From positions 25,449 to 89,448 of the forward strand of contig JBHLOI010000009.1 in the NCBI GenBank assembly GCA_048940645.1: 64,000 bases of DNA. Reading direction: 5' to 3'. The DNA comes from Promethearchaeota archaeon (GTDB lineage Archaea > Asgardarchaeota > Lokiarchaeia > Sigyniarchaeales > SOKP01). Shown here in pieces: positions 9,162-18,849 of the stretch. How positions within the stretch are numbered: position 1 is the stretch's first letter; every line of letters begins with the position of its first letter. The translations under genes were made by a program, and so were the position numbers. Below the pieces are notes generated by a model. That model did not search any database. It was not told the DNA's origin and saw only the letters and a program-made list of their open reading frames with translations.

Positions 9162-9539
9162 TTATTCTTTTAACTCTAAATCCTCAATCCTTTTTGCGAT
9201 ATCTTCGATTGCGTTTTTAATTTCATTCATTTCAGATTCCATATACTCTTTTTCCTGCTTTAACATAGTTAATTGGTCTTTTTGACTTAATACTGGAGCA
9301 GGTGTATATACTGAAGGAGCTATTGTATATGGTTGATAAAGAGGAACTCCTCCTCTCCACCTTCCCCAATAACCTCTCCCACGACCTCTCCCCCACCCCA
9401 TACCTCTTCCCCAGCCTCTTCCTAAGCCCATACCATATCCTTTAGTATATCCGGGTGTACTATAACCTGCACAATAACCTAATACCCTTCCTGTCATTGG
9501 ACCTTCTCCCCTCGGACCAGTTCTATCTCCACCAGGCAT
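9162..9539 (-). CDS. DUF5320-family protein
   Basis: MPGGDRTGP-x-G-x-GPMTGR-x-LGYCAG, RG-rich linker, C-terminal coiled coil. Confidence 0.9.
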   Translation of the reverse strand: MPGGDRTGPRGEGPMTGRVLGYCAGYSTPGYTKGYGMGLGRGWGRGMGWGRGRGRGYWGRWRGGVPLYQPYTIAPSVYTPAPVLSQKDQLTMLKQEKEYMESEMNEIKNAIEDIAKRIEDLELKE

Positions 9540-9588
9540 TTTTTATATCATCTCTATTTTTTTAATTTTATTGTTGTTTTTATTATTT

Positions 9589-9602
9589 TGAATAAATATT
9601 CA
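9589..9602. promoter_or_regulatory. Operator-like palindrome TGAATAAATATTCA in the DUF5320/MBL divergent region
   Basis: TGAATA-AA-TATTCA inverted repeat matching the 1974 motif. Confidence 0.55.
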
Positions 9603-9647
9603 TATATTATCCTAAGTAATTATTATAAAATAAATTATTTAAATATT

Positions 9648-10364
9648 ATGAATAATAATTCATTATTTGCAGAACTTATGAATAAAGATCCATCTTTTAA
9701 AATTAGGATTAATTTTGATAATAAATGTTCCGAAATAGGGTTTTTAACTGGTTTTGGGTTTTCAGCTTTAATTTATAGTTATTCTACGCGGGACTATTTA
9801 CTATTTGACACAGGAGGAAACGGAAAGATTCTAATTCATAATATTAATCAGTTTAAAATTAATATTGTATTAATTAAAAAAGTCATAATTTCTCATAATC
9901 ACCATGATCACACCGGAGGTTTATTCGATATATATAATGCAAATAAAAATATTGAAGTTTATGTACCCTTTAATGATTTGAATTCTTTTAGGAAAGCTTT
10001 TTCAGGGCTTTTAGTTCATGGTGTATTAGGCATGACAGAAATTGAAGATAATATATTTTCTTCGGGTCAATTTACGGGAAGTTTTATTTCAGAACATTGT
10101 TTAATTTTAAGATTAAAAAATAATGAATTGATCTTATTAGTAGGATGTAGTCATCCAGGTTTAGAGAAATTTATTTTAAAAGCGCGAGAATTAGGTTCAA
10201 TAAAAGGAATAATTGGAGGTTTTCATGGGTTTCAAAATTTATCATATTTAGAAGGAACTGAATTTATTGGAGCTTGTCATTGTACGCAACATATAGAGTT
10301 AATTAAACAAAAGTTTCCTAAGGCATTCTATAAGGTATGTGTAGGTACCACATTAATCTTTTAA
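9648..10364 (+). CDS. MBL-fold metallo-hydrolase (COG1237)
   Basis: LLFDTG, SHNHHDHTGG, GCSHPG, GGFH, CHCT. The track's start at 9588 overlaps the operator; ATG at 9648 or 9678 is more likely. Confidence 0.9.
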   Translation: MNNNSLFAELMNKDPSFKIRINFDNKCSEIGFLTGFGFSALIYSYSTRDYLLFDTGGNGKILIHNINQFKINIVLIKKVIISHNHHDHTGGLFDIYNANKNIEVYVPFNDLNSFRKAFSGLLVHGVLGMTEIEDNIFSSGQFTGSFISEHCLILRLKNNELILLVGCSHPGLEKFILKARELGSIKGIIGGFHGFQNLSYLEGTEFIGACHCTQHIELIKQKFPKAFYKVCVGTTLIF

Positions 10365-10579
10365 CTCTTTTCTGATATCGCCATTAGAAAAGATATTATC
10401 AGGATAAATTTCTCTATCATATCTCACACACTTTTCACTAAATAATTTCTTCCTTTGGCAGTAATTTTGATAATTATATATTTTTAAAGGAATAGGATCA
10501 ATTTCAAGTGATCTCTCTAATTGCCTGTTTGATACCAGTCCGCATAAAGGAGTGTCTTTTTTATAGATAAAGGACACAA
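10353..10579 (-). CDS. Small Cys-rich hypothetical protein, possibly frameshifted at its start
   Basis: C...YC...C-x-RY pattern; adding one T near 10570 gives TTG-CPF.. and completes a four-Cys motif. Confidence 0.4.
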
Positions 10580-10692
10580 ATTAGACTTGAACTTTTTTGT
10601 GACACTTCAGTAAATCGGAGTGTATTATAATCGTAAAAAATAAAATAATATTATTATATAAAACATTTTTGCTGAAAACGTAGAGTATTTTC

Positions 10693-13092
10693 CTAAAATT
10701 TGAGTTCTAAACGATCTATGATATCGTTTTGGATAGGTGTCCCAAGATCGATGAAAGTAGCATTATATCCTCCAACTTTTACAATTAAGTCTGGATAATT
10801 TTCGGGATGTTTTTGAGCATCTTTAAGTGTGTCTGTTGATACTACAGTAGGTTGAATTTGCATTCCTCCAGAATCGAAATAAGATTTTAATAGATTATAA
10901 AATTTCTCAATATTTTCTTCATTTTGTAAATTCTGAGGATGGATTCGCACATTCACAGCAACTCCATTTGTGGCATTTTCATAATTTAATTTTGCTAATG
11001 AATTCAAAATCGAGGTGATTCCGTTTTTTTCTACTTTATTTACTGGAGATAAACTATTTGATAGAGCTTGCATTGCTTTTCTTCCATCAGCAGTTGGTTG
11101 GGTGAAAAAACCTTCCATAACATGAATACCCATAGAATAAGCCCCTGCGTTATATCTACCTCCTCTTATGGGTTCATGTCTGGTTACTTCTGACGTAAAT
11201 AGGTTCCATAATTTTATAGCTAAAACATCAATTTCCTCTTTATCATTTCCCCATTTATCATATTTATTAATTAATTTCTGTCGAAACTCTTCTTGGCCTT
11301 CGAAGTTATTATTCAGAATTTCTACTAATTCAGGTAAAGTCAACAACTTTTCTTCATAAACGACATTTTTTATATTATAGAAAGAATCAACTAAGGTGGC
11401 AAACCCATAAGCCGTGATCGATGAATAATTATATTTTGCTCCTCCACAAACATAGTCTTTTCCACTTTCCAAACAACCATCTAAAGTAGCTGATATAAAA
11501 GGGTGTTGCATATATTTCATAGCCTCTTGATCTCCAATTTCAGCAATCTTTTTGCTTCTTTCAATATTATATCGAAGTTGTTTAATAAAAGCGGTATATA
11601 AATCGTCAAATGTAGAAAAATCTGAGATATCACCTGTTTGTAGGCCAGCAATAGTTTTTGACATATTATTATAACCATTATTTAATGTTAATTCTAGTAC
11701 ACCAGGTAGATTCAAAAACATACGCGCTGTGGCAGCAAAACTATTTCCTTGACCTGTAGGTTCAACACATCCAATTAGTACATAATCTCGAGCATCCTCT
11801 AGACTATAACCACCCTTTATTAAAGCAGGAATAATTATATCATCATTATAAAATGCAATTCCAGAAGTGTGTCTAAATAATTTGATAGCTTCTTTAAAAA
11901 AATCTTTTGGAGTATTTTTATGAATTCTTACGGACAAATCAGTCGTAAGAACCTTAATATTTTTATAAGCTTCAAGGAATAAATATGAAATTTCATTTGT
12001 TGCATCATTCCCTTGTGTATCCATTCCAGATATCGTAATTGTTTGAGTATTTTGACCAAGGGCATTGGCTACCATTGTAAAATCAGTAGGTAATAGAGTC
12101 ACGTTCCACGTTAGCTTTAAATTTAATTCCTCTATTAACTCTAAGGCTAAATCACGAGTTAAAACGCCTGATTCGATATCGTTTTCATAATATGGCCGTA
12201 GGATCTGATCTAAACGTCCTAATGCAACAACACTTCTCTGATAAATAATATTAAAAATATTCTGGGTAAACCAAATAAATTGAACAGCTTCATAAAAAGA
12301 TGTTGGAGGTTCTGAACAGAATTTATTCATCATTTTTCCAATTACTTCTAATTCACTGCTACGATTTTCATTTAATTCTGCCTTAGCCATAGAAAAAGCT
12401 AAATCTGCAAACCTTTTAGAAAAAACTATAGCAGCTTTATAATATATCTTTATTGCTTCATAGAAATCATATTTTTCTTGAAAATCTTTATCATTCTTAT
12501 TTAATTTAGCTTGATATAATTTAGCTTTTTCAATAATTCCCTTATATCCTAAATTTAATACTTTTTTATATCCTGCGCATAAATGACCTTCTGTAGGACC
12601 TACTTGTATGGCAATATTAGGAGCTAATGAAGAAACTATTCCTGTTCCAGTTATAAGCTCTTCTTCAAGGAGTCTCTTATTGATTCTACCCCCAATAAGT
12701 GCTTTATCCTTCCAAAAAGGGATAATTTCTAATAAATCCTCAATTTCTTTTTCCTCTATAAAAAAAGGTTGAAGTTTTCTTCTTGCTAATTTCTTAAATG
12801 TTATTTTTTTCTCTAGACTATTATCATATCTTTGTAGGTCTAAATTGACTTTTTCACCTAGATTCTTGCTAGTTTCATTTCCAACCAACAATTCATTCTG
12901 TCTAATGAAAATCGTCATATTTCTTAATGTATGGGCTACTGATTTCGCTCTTTTAATGACTTCAGAGTCATTTGGATTTCTTTTATAAATTTCAGTAAAA
13001 AATTTCATGCGTTCAATGCATAATTCATACTTACTTGATAAGAGGTCTTCTTTTAATCTATTAATTCGCTCAGAATTAGTTGTAGTATCCAT
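10693..13092 (-). CDS. Glycyl-radical enzyme (PFL2/eliminase-like)
   Basis: ELLVG, GRLDQ, Cys-loop IGCVEP, PTADGR, C-terminal Gly-loop DLIVKVGGYNATF. Confidence 0.93.
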   Translation of the reverse strand: MDTTTNSERINRLKEDLLSSKYELCIERMKFFTEIYKRNPNDSEVIKRAKSVAHTLRNMTIFIRQNELLVGNETSKNLGEKVNLDLQRYDNSLEKKITFKKLARRKLQPFFIEEKEIEDLLEIIPFWKDKALIGGRINKRLLEEELITGTGIVSSLAPNIAIQVGPTEGHLCAGYKKVLNLGYKGIIEKAKLYQAKLNKNDKDFQEKYDFYEAIKIYYKAAIVFSKRFADLAFSMAKAELNENRSSELEVIGKMMNKFCSEPPTSFYEAVQFIWFTQNIFNIIYQRSVVALGRLDQILRPYYENDIESGVLTRDLALELIEELNLKLTWNVTLLPTDFTMVANALGQNTQTITISGMDTQGNDATNEISYLFLEAYKNIKVLTTDLSVRIHKNTPKDFFKEAIKLFRHTSGIAFYNDDIIIPALIKGGYSLEDARDYVLIGCVEPTGQGNSFAATARMFLNLPGVLELTLNNGYNNMSKTIAGLQTGDISDFSTFDDLYTAFIKQLRYNIERSKKIAEIGDQEAMKYMQHPFISATLDGCLESGKDYVCGGAKYNYSSITAYGFATLVDSFYNIKNVVYEEKLLTLPELVEILNNNFEGQEEFRQKLINKYDKWGNDKEEIDVLAIKLWNLFTSEVTRHEPIRGGRYNAGAYSMGIHVMEGFFTQPTADGRKAMQALSNSLSPVNKVEKNGITSILNSLAKLNYENATNGVAVNVRIHPQNLQNEENIEKFYNLLKSYFDSGGMQIQPTVVSTDTLKDAQKHPENYPDLIVKVGGYNATFIDLGTPIQNDIIDRLELKF

Positions 13093-13214
13093 ATTTTGAC
13101 TCCTTGAAAAAATTATCAGATTTTTATTTTATTATCTTAATTCTATAAAAATTTTAAAATTTTAAAAGATAAGTCCTTAATAAAATTACTCATACAATTA
13201 GTGATCTATAAAAT

Positions 13215-14066
13215 TTGAAAGAAATCAAAAACAAAACAGCAGTAATCACAGGTGCAGGAAGTGGGATCGGCCGAGCGCTTGCTATTAAATGCGCTCAAGA
13301 GGGTATGAAAGTAGTACTTGCTGATATTAATGAGAAAAGCCTAGAAAGGGTCAAAAGAAAAATCCAAAGAGCGCGAGGAGAAGTTTTAACTATAAAAACT
13401 GATGTTTCAAAATATAATGAAGTTGAAAATTTAGCTCAAAAGACAATTGAAAATTATAAATTAATTCATTTATTAATCAATAATGCTGGTGTAGCAATAC
13501 CACGGCTTGCTTGGCAATATACTGTAAATGATTGGGAATGGGTATTAGGGGTAAACTTATGGGGTGTAATTTATGGTATTCGCGTTTTTGTACCGATCAT
13601 GCTTCAGCAGGAAATTGAATGTCATATTGTGAATACCGCTTCTATAGAAGGTTTAGGTTCCATTGGTCCTGGAGGTGCAACATATAGCGTTTCTAAGCAT
13701 GGAATAGTTGCCCTTTCTGAGGTATTAAAGTATAACCTTGAGGAAATTGGAGCAAAAATTAATGTTTCTGTATTATGTCCTGGATTAGTTGATACAAAAA
13801 TCTTTACATCTGAATTAAACCGTCCTAAGGAGTATCAAATCAAAGAAATCAAGAAGATCGACATCCACGATCGAGATAGAGAAGTAGAGATGTACCGGAA
13901 AATATTGACAGAATCGCCTATGATATCACCTGAACAGGTGGCAGATGATGTATTTCAAGCCATCAGACAGCAAAAATTTTATATTTTAACGCATACTCAA
14001 CCTATTATTAAAGATCTAATAAAGGAGCGAGTGAATGCTATTTTAAGAGCATTTGATGAGCAATGA
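13215..14066 (+). CDS. Short-chain dehydrogenase/reductase
   Basis: TGAGSGIG, NNAG, YSVSK catalytic motif. Confidence 0.95.
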   Translation: MKEIKNKTAVITGAGSGIGRALAIKCAQEGMKVVLADINEKSLERVKRKIQRARGEVLTIKTDVSKYNEVENLAQKTIENYKLIHLLINNAGVAIPRLAWQYTVNDWEWVLGVNLWGVIYGIRVFVPIMLQQEIECHIVNTASIEGLGSIGPGGATYSVSKHGIVALSEVLKYNLEEIGAKINVSVLCPGLVDTKIFTSELNRPKEYQIKEIKKIDIHDRDREVEMYRKILTESPMISPEQVADDVFQAIRQQKFYILTHTQPIIKDLIKERVNAILRAFDEQ

Positions 14067-14138
14067 GTAAAAAAACACAGATTCTTTTCTTTGTCTGAAT
14101 TATATTATTATAATTTATAAATTAAAAAGTGATTAAAT

Positions 14139-14993
14139 ATGAATTTTAAAACTATTAAATTTGAATTAAAAGAAAATGGAATAGGGTTATTAACTTTAAA
14201 TAGACCTGAAAAGCTGAATGCTATGTCCTTTCAGATGATTGAAGATTTGAATCAATTATTTGATCATTTGGTAATAAATTTAGATTGTCGTGTGTTAATT
14301 TTGAAAGCTGAGGGAAGAGCTTTTTGTGCTGGTTTGGATTTAAAAGAATCAACAATCTTACAATCGAAAAAAAAACCACAAGAATTAAAGGAGAAATTTT
14401 TCTTCATTAATGTCCCAGAAAAGGATACAATAAAAGCCAAGATGTATGCTCAATGGTATACTAGTCAACTTATAGTTAAGATGCGGAAAATCTCCCAACC
14501 AATCATAGCATTAATTAATGGTCCAGCATCAGGAGCAGGTTTTGCATTTGCTTTAGCAGCCGATATACGAATAGCTGGTCAAAAAGCGCGATTTAATAAT
14601 GCATTTATTAATATTGGTTTTTCTGGTTCTGATTTAGCAAGTAGTTATCATCTCCCTAGACTTATTGGGATGTCAAGAGCAGCAGAAATACTCTATACTG
14701 GTCGCTTTATTAGTGCCGAGGAAGCAGAAAAAATAGGATTAGTATCTAAAGTTGTCGATGATACCGCGTTATTAAATGCTGCTATTGATTTAGCTGAAGA
14801 ATTACTTAAGAAGAGTCCCCTAGGATTACGTATGACTAAGCAAGCTATTAATTTATCCCTTGATTCTCCAAGTTTAGAAACCATGATCCAATTAGAAAAT
14901 CGCACCCAAATGTTATGCTCGGTTTCTGATGATTTAATGGAAGGGGTGCAATCTTTTTTCGAAAAGAGAGACCCAAAATATCCCTTAAAGTGA
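14139..14993 (+). CDS. Enoyl-CoA hydratase/isomerase (crotonase) family, paralog 1
   Basis: LNRPEKLNA, AFCAGLDL, LALAADIRIA-like, EKRDP. Confidence 0.93.
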   Translation: MNFKTIKFELKENGIGLLTLNRPEKLNAMSFQMIEDLNQLFDHLVINLDCRVLILKAEGRAFCAGLDLKESTILQSKKKPQELKEKFFFINVPEKDTIKAKMYAQWYTSQLIVKMRKISQPIIALINGPASGAGFAFALAADIRIAGQKARFNNAFINIGFSGSDLASSYHLPRLIGMSRAAEILYTGRFISAEEAEKIGLVSKVVDDTALLNAAIDLAEELLKKSPLGLRMTKQAINLSLDSPSLETMIQLENRTQMLCSVSDDLMEGVQSFFEKRDPKYPLK

Positions 14994-15023
14994 TTAACTC
15001 TTTATTATTTTTCATTTCATAAG

Positions 15024-15926
15024 ATGAATCCCGAAAAAATTTATCAAGAGCTTAAAAGTAAACTAATAGAAGATTCAGAAGCAATTGAATTACTGATTAC
15101 ATTGCTAGAATCTAGTGAGGATATAAATCTTAGAATTAGAAGTTTAGAGATTTTAAGCAAAATAGATCTTGTTAATCTTAGAATTTTTAAAATTCTGGAG
15201 AATCTTCTTATTTCAGATGAAAATGAAATAATAAGATCGATTGCTGCAGAAATTATAACGAATTGTTACATGGATAAAAGCTTAAAATCATTAAAATGGG
15301 TCATTATAAATGATGAATCTCCAATTTTGCTTAAAAAGATTAAACAACTAATTGAGAATAAAGATCTAAATTACTCTAAAGCTTTGTTAGAGGAATATCA
15401 TAATAAACTAAAGAAGATAGCCTCCATATACAGAATTAATTTTGAAGAATTACAGCTACTTTTAGATCTAAATATAAAATTAAATGGTCAAAATTTATAT
15501 CAAATGGATGCAATATTCAGCTTTATCTATGACAATAATTTTATGTGTGCTATAAAAAAGGGGCATATTAATGAATTAAGTATGTCATTATATAATGAAT
15601 TACCTACTAGTGTTGGATATTTATCTAGATTAGAACATTTAAATCTCAGCTGTAATTATTTAAGTGAATTGCCAAGTTCCTTATCAAACCTTAAACTACT
15701 TAAAACTCTTGATTTAAGCTGGAATAATTTTACTAATTTCCCGGAAGTAATAAAAAAGGTACAATCTATCGAAATACTCGATTTTAGTAATAATAATGTG
15801 GAGAAATTACCTCCATGGATAAACTTTTTAAACAATTTAATTTTTCTAAATGTAGAAAATAATAATATTGAAAAGATTCCTGAATCAATAAGATATTTAA
15901 AAAAGTTGAAATTTTTTTATTATTAA
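15024..15926 (+). CDS. HEAT-like N-terminus plus leucine-rich-repeat protein
   Basis: FKILENLLISDEN-x-IIR helical repeat; several LxxLxLxxN repeats in the C-terminal third. Confidence 0.85.
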   Translation: MNPEKIYQELKSKLIEDSEAIELLITLLESSEDINLRIRSLEILSKIDLVNLRIFKILENLLISDENEIIRSIAAEIITNCYMDKSLKSLKWVIINDESPILLKKIKQLIENKDLNYSKALLEEYHNKLKKIASIYRINFEELQLLLDLNIKLNGQNLYQMDAIFSFIYDNNFMCAIKKGHINELSMSLYNELPTSVGYLSRLEHLNLSCNYLSELPSSLSNLKLLKTLDLSWNNFTNFPEVIKKVQSIEILDFSNNNVEKLPPWINFLNNLIFLNVENNNIEKIPESIRYLKKLKFFYY

Positions 15927-16046
15927 CAATAATTCAGAAGCAAAACCTCGCTTGTTTTTTTTATCCAAGAATAAAAAATATACTTTAAGTAAATTTTAAT
16001 TCACGCCATATTTTAGTTATAATAATTAATATTAAAGAGATTTAAA

Positions 16047-16892
16047 ATGGATTTCAAGACTATTAAATTTGAGTTAATGGAAAATGGAATAGGCATAGTT
16101 AGTTTAAACAGACCAGAAAAATTAAATGCTATTTCCTTCCAAATGGAAGAGGATTTGCATAACTTACTAGATGCATTAATGGTTAACTTAAATTGTCGGG
16201 TTCTTATCTTTAAGGGAGAAGGGAGAGCATTTTGCTCTGGTACTGATCTCCAGGAAGGCTTGATCTTAAATTCTAAAAAAACACCTCTAGGATATGAAAC
16301 CTTTCATTATCTTAATATCCATGAACCTGTAAAAAGGAAACTATACCATCAATGGAGAATTAGTCAAATTTATGTAAAGATGAGGAAAATAAGTCAACCA
16401 ATAATAGCTATAATACAAGGAGCCGCAGCAGGAGGGGGATTTGGGTTTGCTATGGCATCTGATATACGAATAGCAAGCGAAGATGCAAAATTCATTAACG
16501 CTTCAATTAATATTGGACTATCGGGGGCTGATACAGGTGGTAGCTATTTTCTTCCACGATTAATTGGAATGTCTAAGGCAGCAGAAATCCTATATACTGG
16601 TAGAGTTATTGCTGGAAAAGAGGCTGCAGATATTGGTTTAGTATTTAAAGTTGTTAAAACAGAGGAGCTTTTGAATTCAGCACTTAAAATTGCTGAAGAG
16701 ATGTTGAAGAAAAGTCCCTTAGGATTACGTATGACTAAACAAGCTATTAATTTATCAATGGATTCTCCAAGTTTGGAAAATATTTTACAATTAGAAAATA
16801 ACTCGATTGTTTTAACATTTAGTTCAAAAGATATAAATGAAGCTTCAAGTGCTTTCTTCGAGAAAAGGGACCCTAAATATCCCTTGCTATAA
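16047..16892 (+). CDS. Enoyl-CoA hydratase/isomerase family, paralog 2
   Basis: Same motifs as 14139-14993 and closely similar sequence. Confidence 0.93.
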   Translation: MDFKTIKFELMENGIGIVSLNRPEKLNAISFQMEEDLHNLLDALMVNLNCRVLIFKGEGRAFCSGTDLQEGLILNSKKTPLGYETFHYLNIHEPVKRKLYHQWRISQIYVKMRKISQPIIAIIQGAAAGGGFGFAMASDIRIASEDAKFINASINIGLSGADTGGSYFLPRLIGMSKAAEILYTGRVIAGKEAADIGLVFKVVKTEELLNSALKIAEEMLKKSPLGLRMTKQAINLSMDSPSLENILQLENNSIVLTFSSKDINEASSAFFEKRDPKYPLL

Positions 16893-16908
16893 AAAAAAAA
16901 GATAATAA

Positions 16909-17346
16909 TTATTGATATATATCATAGGAATCTTTTTCCTTTTTCTCATGGTCTTCTTTTTTTTTCATGAATTCTTTTAATAATTTACTCCCCGTCTCAT
17001 CACGTTTAAGTACCAGCTGAGTAAGTATATTTTGTTTCCTTTGGAGTTCAAGTAATGTATTTGCAATATGATTCATTAATTCAAATTGAATATGACACAT
17101 ATTTCGTTTCTCTTCTTCTCCACATTCTTCGCAATATTCTGCACATGAACGCCAATCTTGAAAAAATAAATCTATGTTTACATCCTCTACAGATAGCATA
17201 TACTTTTCGCATTCTTCACAGTTTTTATCAGCCTTAATTTTTAAATCGTGAATTAGCTTTTTTATAGTTTCAATTAACTTCCATTTTTCTGTTTCAGAAA
17301 GTTCTATAAATTCCTTTTCAGTTAAATCTACTATTTCTTCAGTCAT
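16909..17346 (-). CDS. Hypothetical Cys-rich coiled-coil protein
   Basis: CEEC, CAEYCEEC and CH motifs within a helical, charged sequence; AGGT RBS. Confidence 0.7.
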   Translation of the reverse strand: MTEEIVDLTEKEFIELSETEKWKLIETIKKLIHDLKIKADKNCEECEKYMLSVEDVNIDLFFQDWRSCAEYCEECGEEEKRNMCHIQFELMNHIANTLLELQRKQNILTQLVLKRDETGSKLLKEFMKKKEDHEKKEKDSYDIYQ

Positions 17347-17445
17347 TCTAATTTACCTTTGTAATGTGCCTATTATTATAAATGTATAATAATAGGATGA
17401 GATTTAAATTTTATAAGAAAATAAAAAAAGAGAATAATAAATATT

Positions 17446-17955
17446 CTACTTTCTGATTTGAACTTTTGGACGGATTGGAGAAGCTCCACCAAAATTGGTA
17501 ATAACAGGGCAATGAGTAAATACCTTGTCCATTAATTCATTAATTTTTTCTTCTGGAGCATCAGCTTTAATTCTTATCACAGGTTCCAATTTATCGTAAC
17601 CCGCAAGTTTATTATCGTCAATTCCAAAAATTGCTCCAAGATTGATATGCCCACGAGAAAAGACTTTCAGTTCTTGGATATCGATATCCATAATTTTGGC
17701 CCAAAATTTAGTAACTGCTATAATACAAGCACCAATAGAAGATAGAATTACTAATAAGGGAGAAGGTCCTTTATTTGTTCCATCTAATCCACCAGGAGCA
17801 TCTATAAGTAGTTCAAAAGGCTCTCCGGCAGGATTCCCCATTTTACAGTTTACTTGCATACCATCAGAGAGCATTTCACATTCAATATTAAAGTTTTTCT
17901 CCCCTGCGTTCCAATCAACATTAATAGCTTCATATGTCTCTTTAAAACTTGGCAT
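17446..17955 (-). CDS. OsmC/Ohr-family protein
   Basis: DAPGGLDG-x3-GPSP, GAC and CPV Cys pair. Confidence 0.9.
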   Translation of the reverse strand: MPSFKETYEAINVDWNAGEKNFNIECEMLSDGMQVNCKMGNPAGEPFELLIDAPGGLDGTNKGPSPLLVILSSIGACIIAVTKFWAKIMDIDIQELKVFSRGHINLGAIFGIDDNKLAGYDKLEPVIRIKADAPEEKINELMDKVFTHCPVITNFGGASPIRPKVQIRK

Positions 17956-17972
17956 TTTTGATCACTTTTTAA

Positions 17973-17986
17973 AGAATAATTATTCA
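17973..17986. promoter_or_regulatory. Operator-like palindrome AGAATAATTATTCA between the TATA box and start of the osmC-like gene
   Basis: Minus-strand TTATATAA at about 17993-18000, palindrome immediately downstream; same geometry as 1974. Confidence 0.6.
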
Positions 17987-18178
17987 AAATTTTTATATAA
18001 GATAAATAAACATTGTTTTTAAAATTGTTGATAGAATTAATTTACATTTTTTAACCTAAATTTACTGATTTTTCTTTTAAGATTTTTGAATTGATTATAA
18101 TCTAAAAGGACAATTTTTATGACTATTATTATTATATTTAGGTTAATAATGAGAAATTACAATTTTGGGTAGATAATA

Positions 18179-18691
18179 ATGGAAAAAAAACCAGTATCTG
18201 AATCTAAAGTTGAAATTGCCCAAGTGATGTATCCAGAACATGCAAATCCCGCTGGGAATGTTCATGGAGGGCATATTCTCAAATTAATAGATCAAGCAGG
18301 AGCTATTGTGGCTGCTCGGCATACGCATAAAAATGTCGTAACAGCGAGCGTTGATAGTATGTCATTTATATCTCCAGCATATGTGGGAAATTTAGTATTC
18401 GCGAAAGCATCGCTAAATTATGTTGGTAGAACTTCTATGGAAGTAGGAGTCAGGGTTGAAGCAGAATGTTTAAAGACAGGTAGACATACGCATATTGCAT
18501 CAGCTTATCTAACTTTCGTAGCTTTAAATCAAGAAGATAATCCCATTCCAATCCCTCGACTCATAACCGAAACTGAAGAAGAAAAAAGACGTCATGAGGA
18601 GGCAAAAAAAAGGAGAGAAAATAGGATGACAAAAAGAAAAGCGCATAAACAACCCCAAGAACCTTGTATAGTAAGACCTGAAAAGTTATAG
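18179..18691 (+). CDS. Hotdog-fold acyl-CoA thioesterase (YciA-like)
   Basis: HANPAGNVHGG, VTASVD, VGRTSMEVGV. Confidence 0.93.
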   Translation: MEKKPVSESKVEIAQVMYPEHANPAGNVHGGHILKLIDQAGAIVAARHTHKNVVTASVDSMSFISPAYVGNLVFAKASLNYVGRTSMEVGVRVEAECLKTGRHTHIASAYLTFVALNQEDNPIPIPRLITETEEEKRRHEEAKKRRENRMTKRKAHKQPQEPCIVRPEKL

Positions 18692-18849
18692 AAACTTGAA
18701 AAACCTCTATCCACATATTTTTAATTTTTAATATAAAATTCTCTCTTCGACAAGAAAATTGACTCCAAACCTTTTTAAAATAATTTACATATTTTATATT
18801 TTATATAATTTTGTCTAATCCAATAATAAGTTTTTACTGGTGAGAATAT

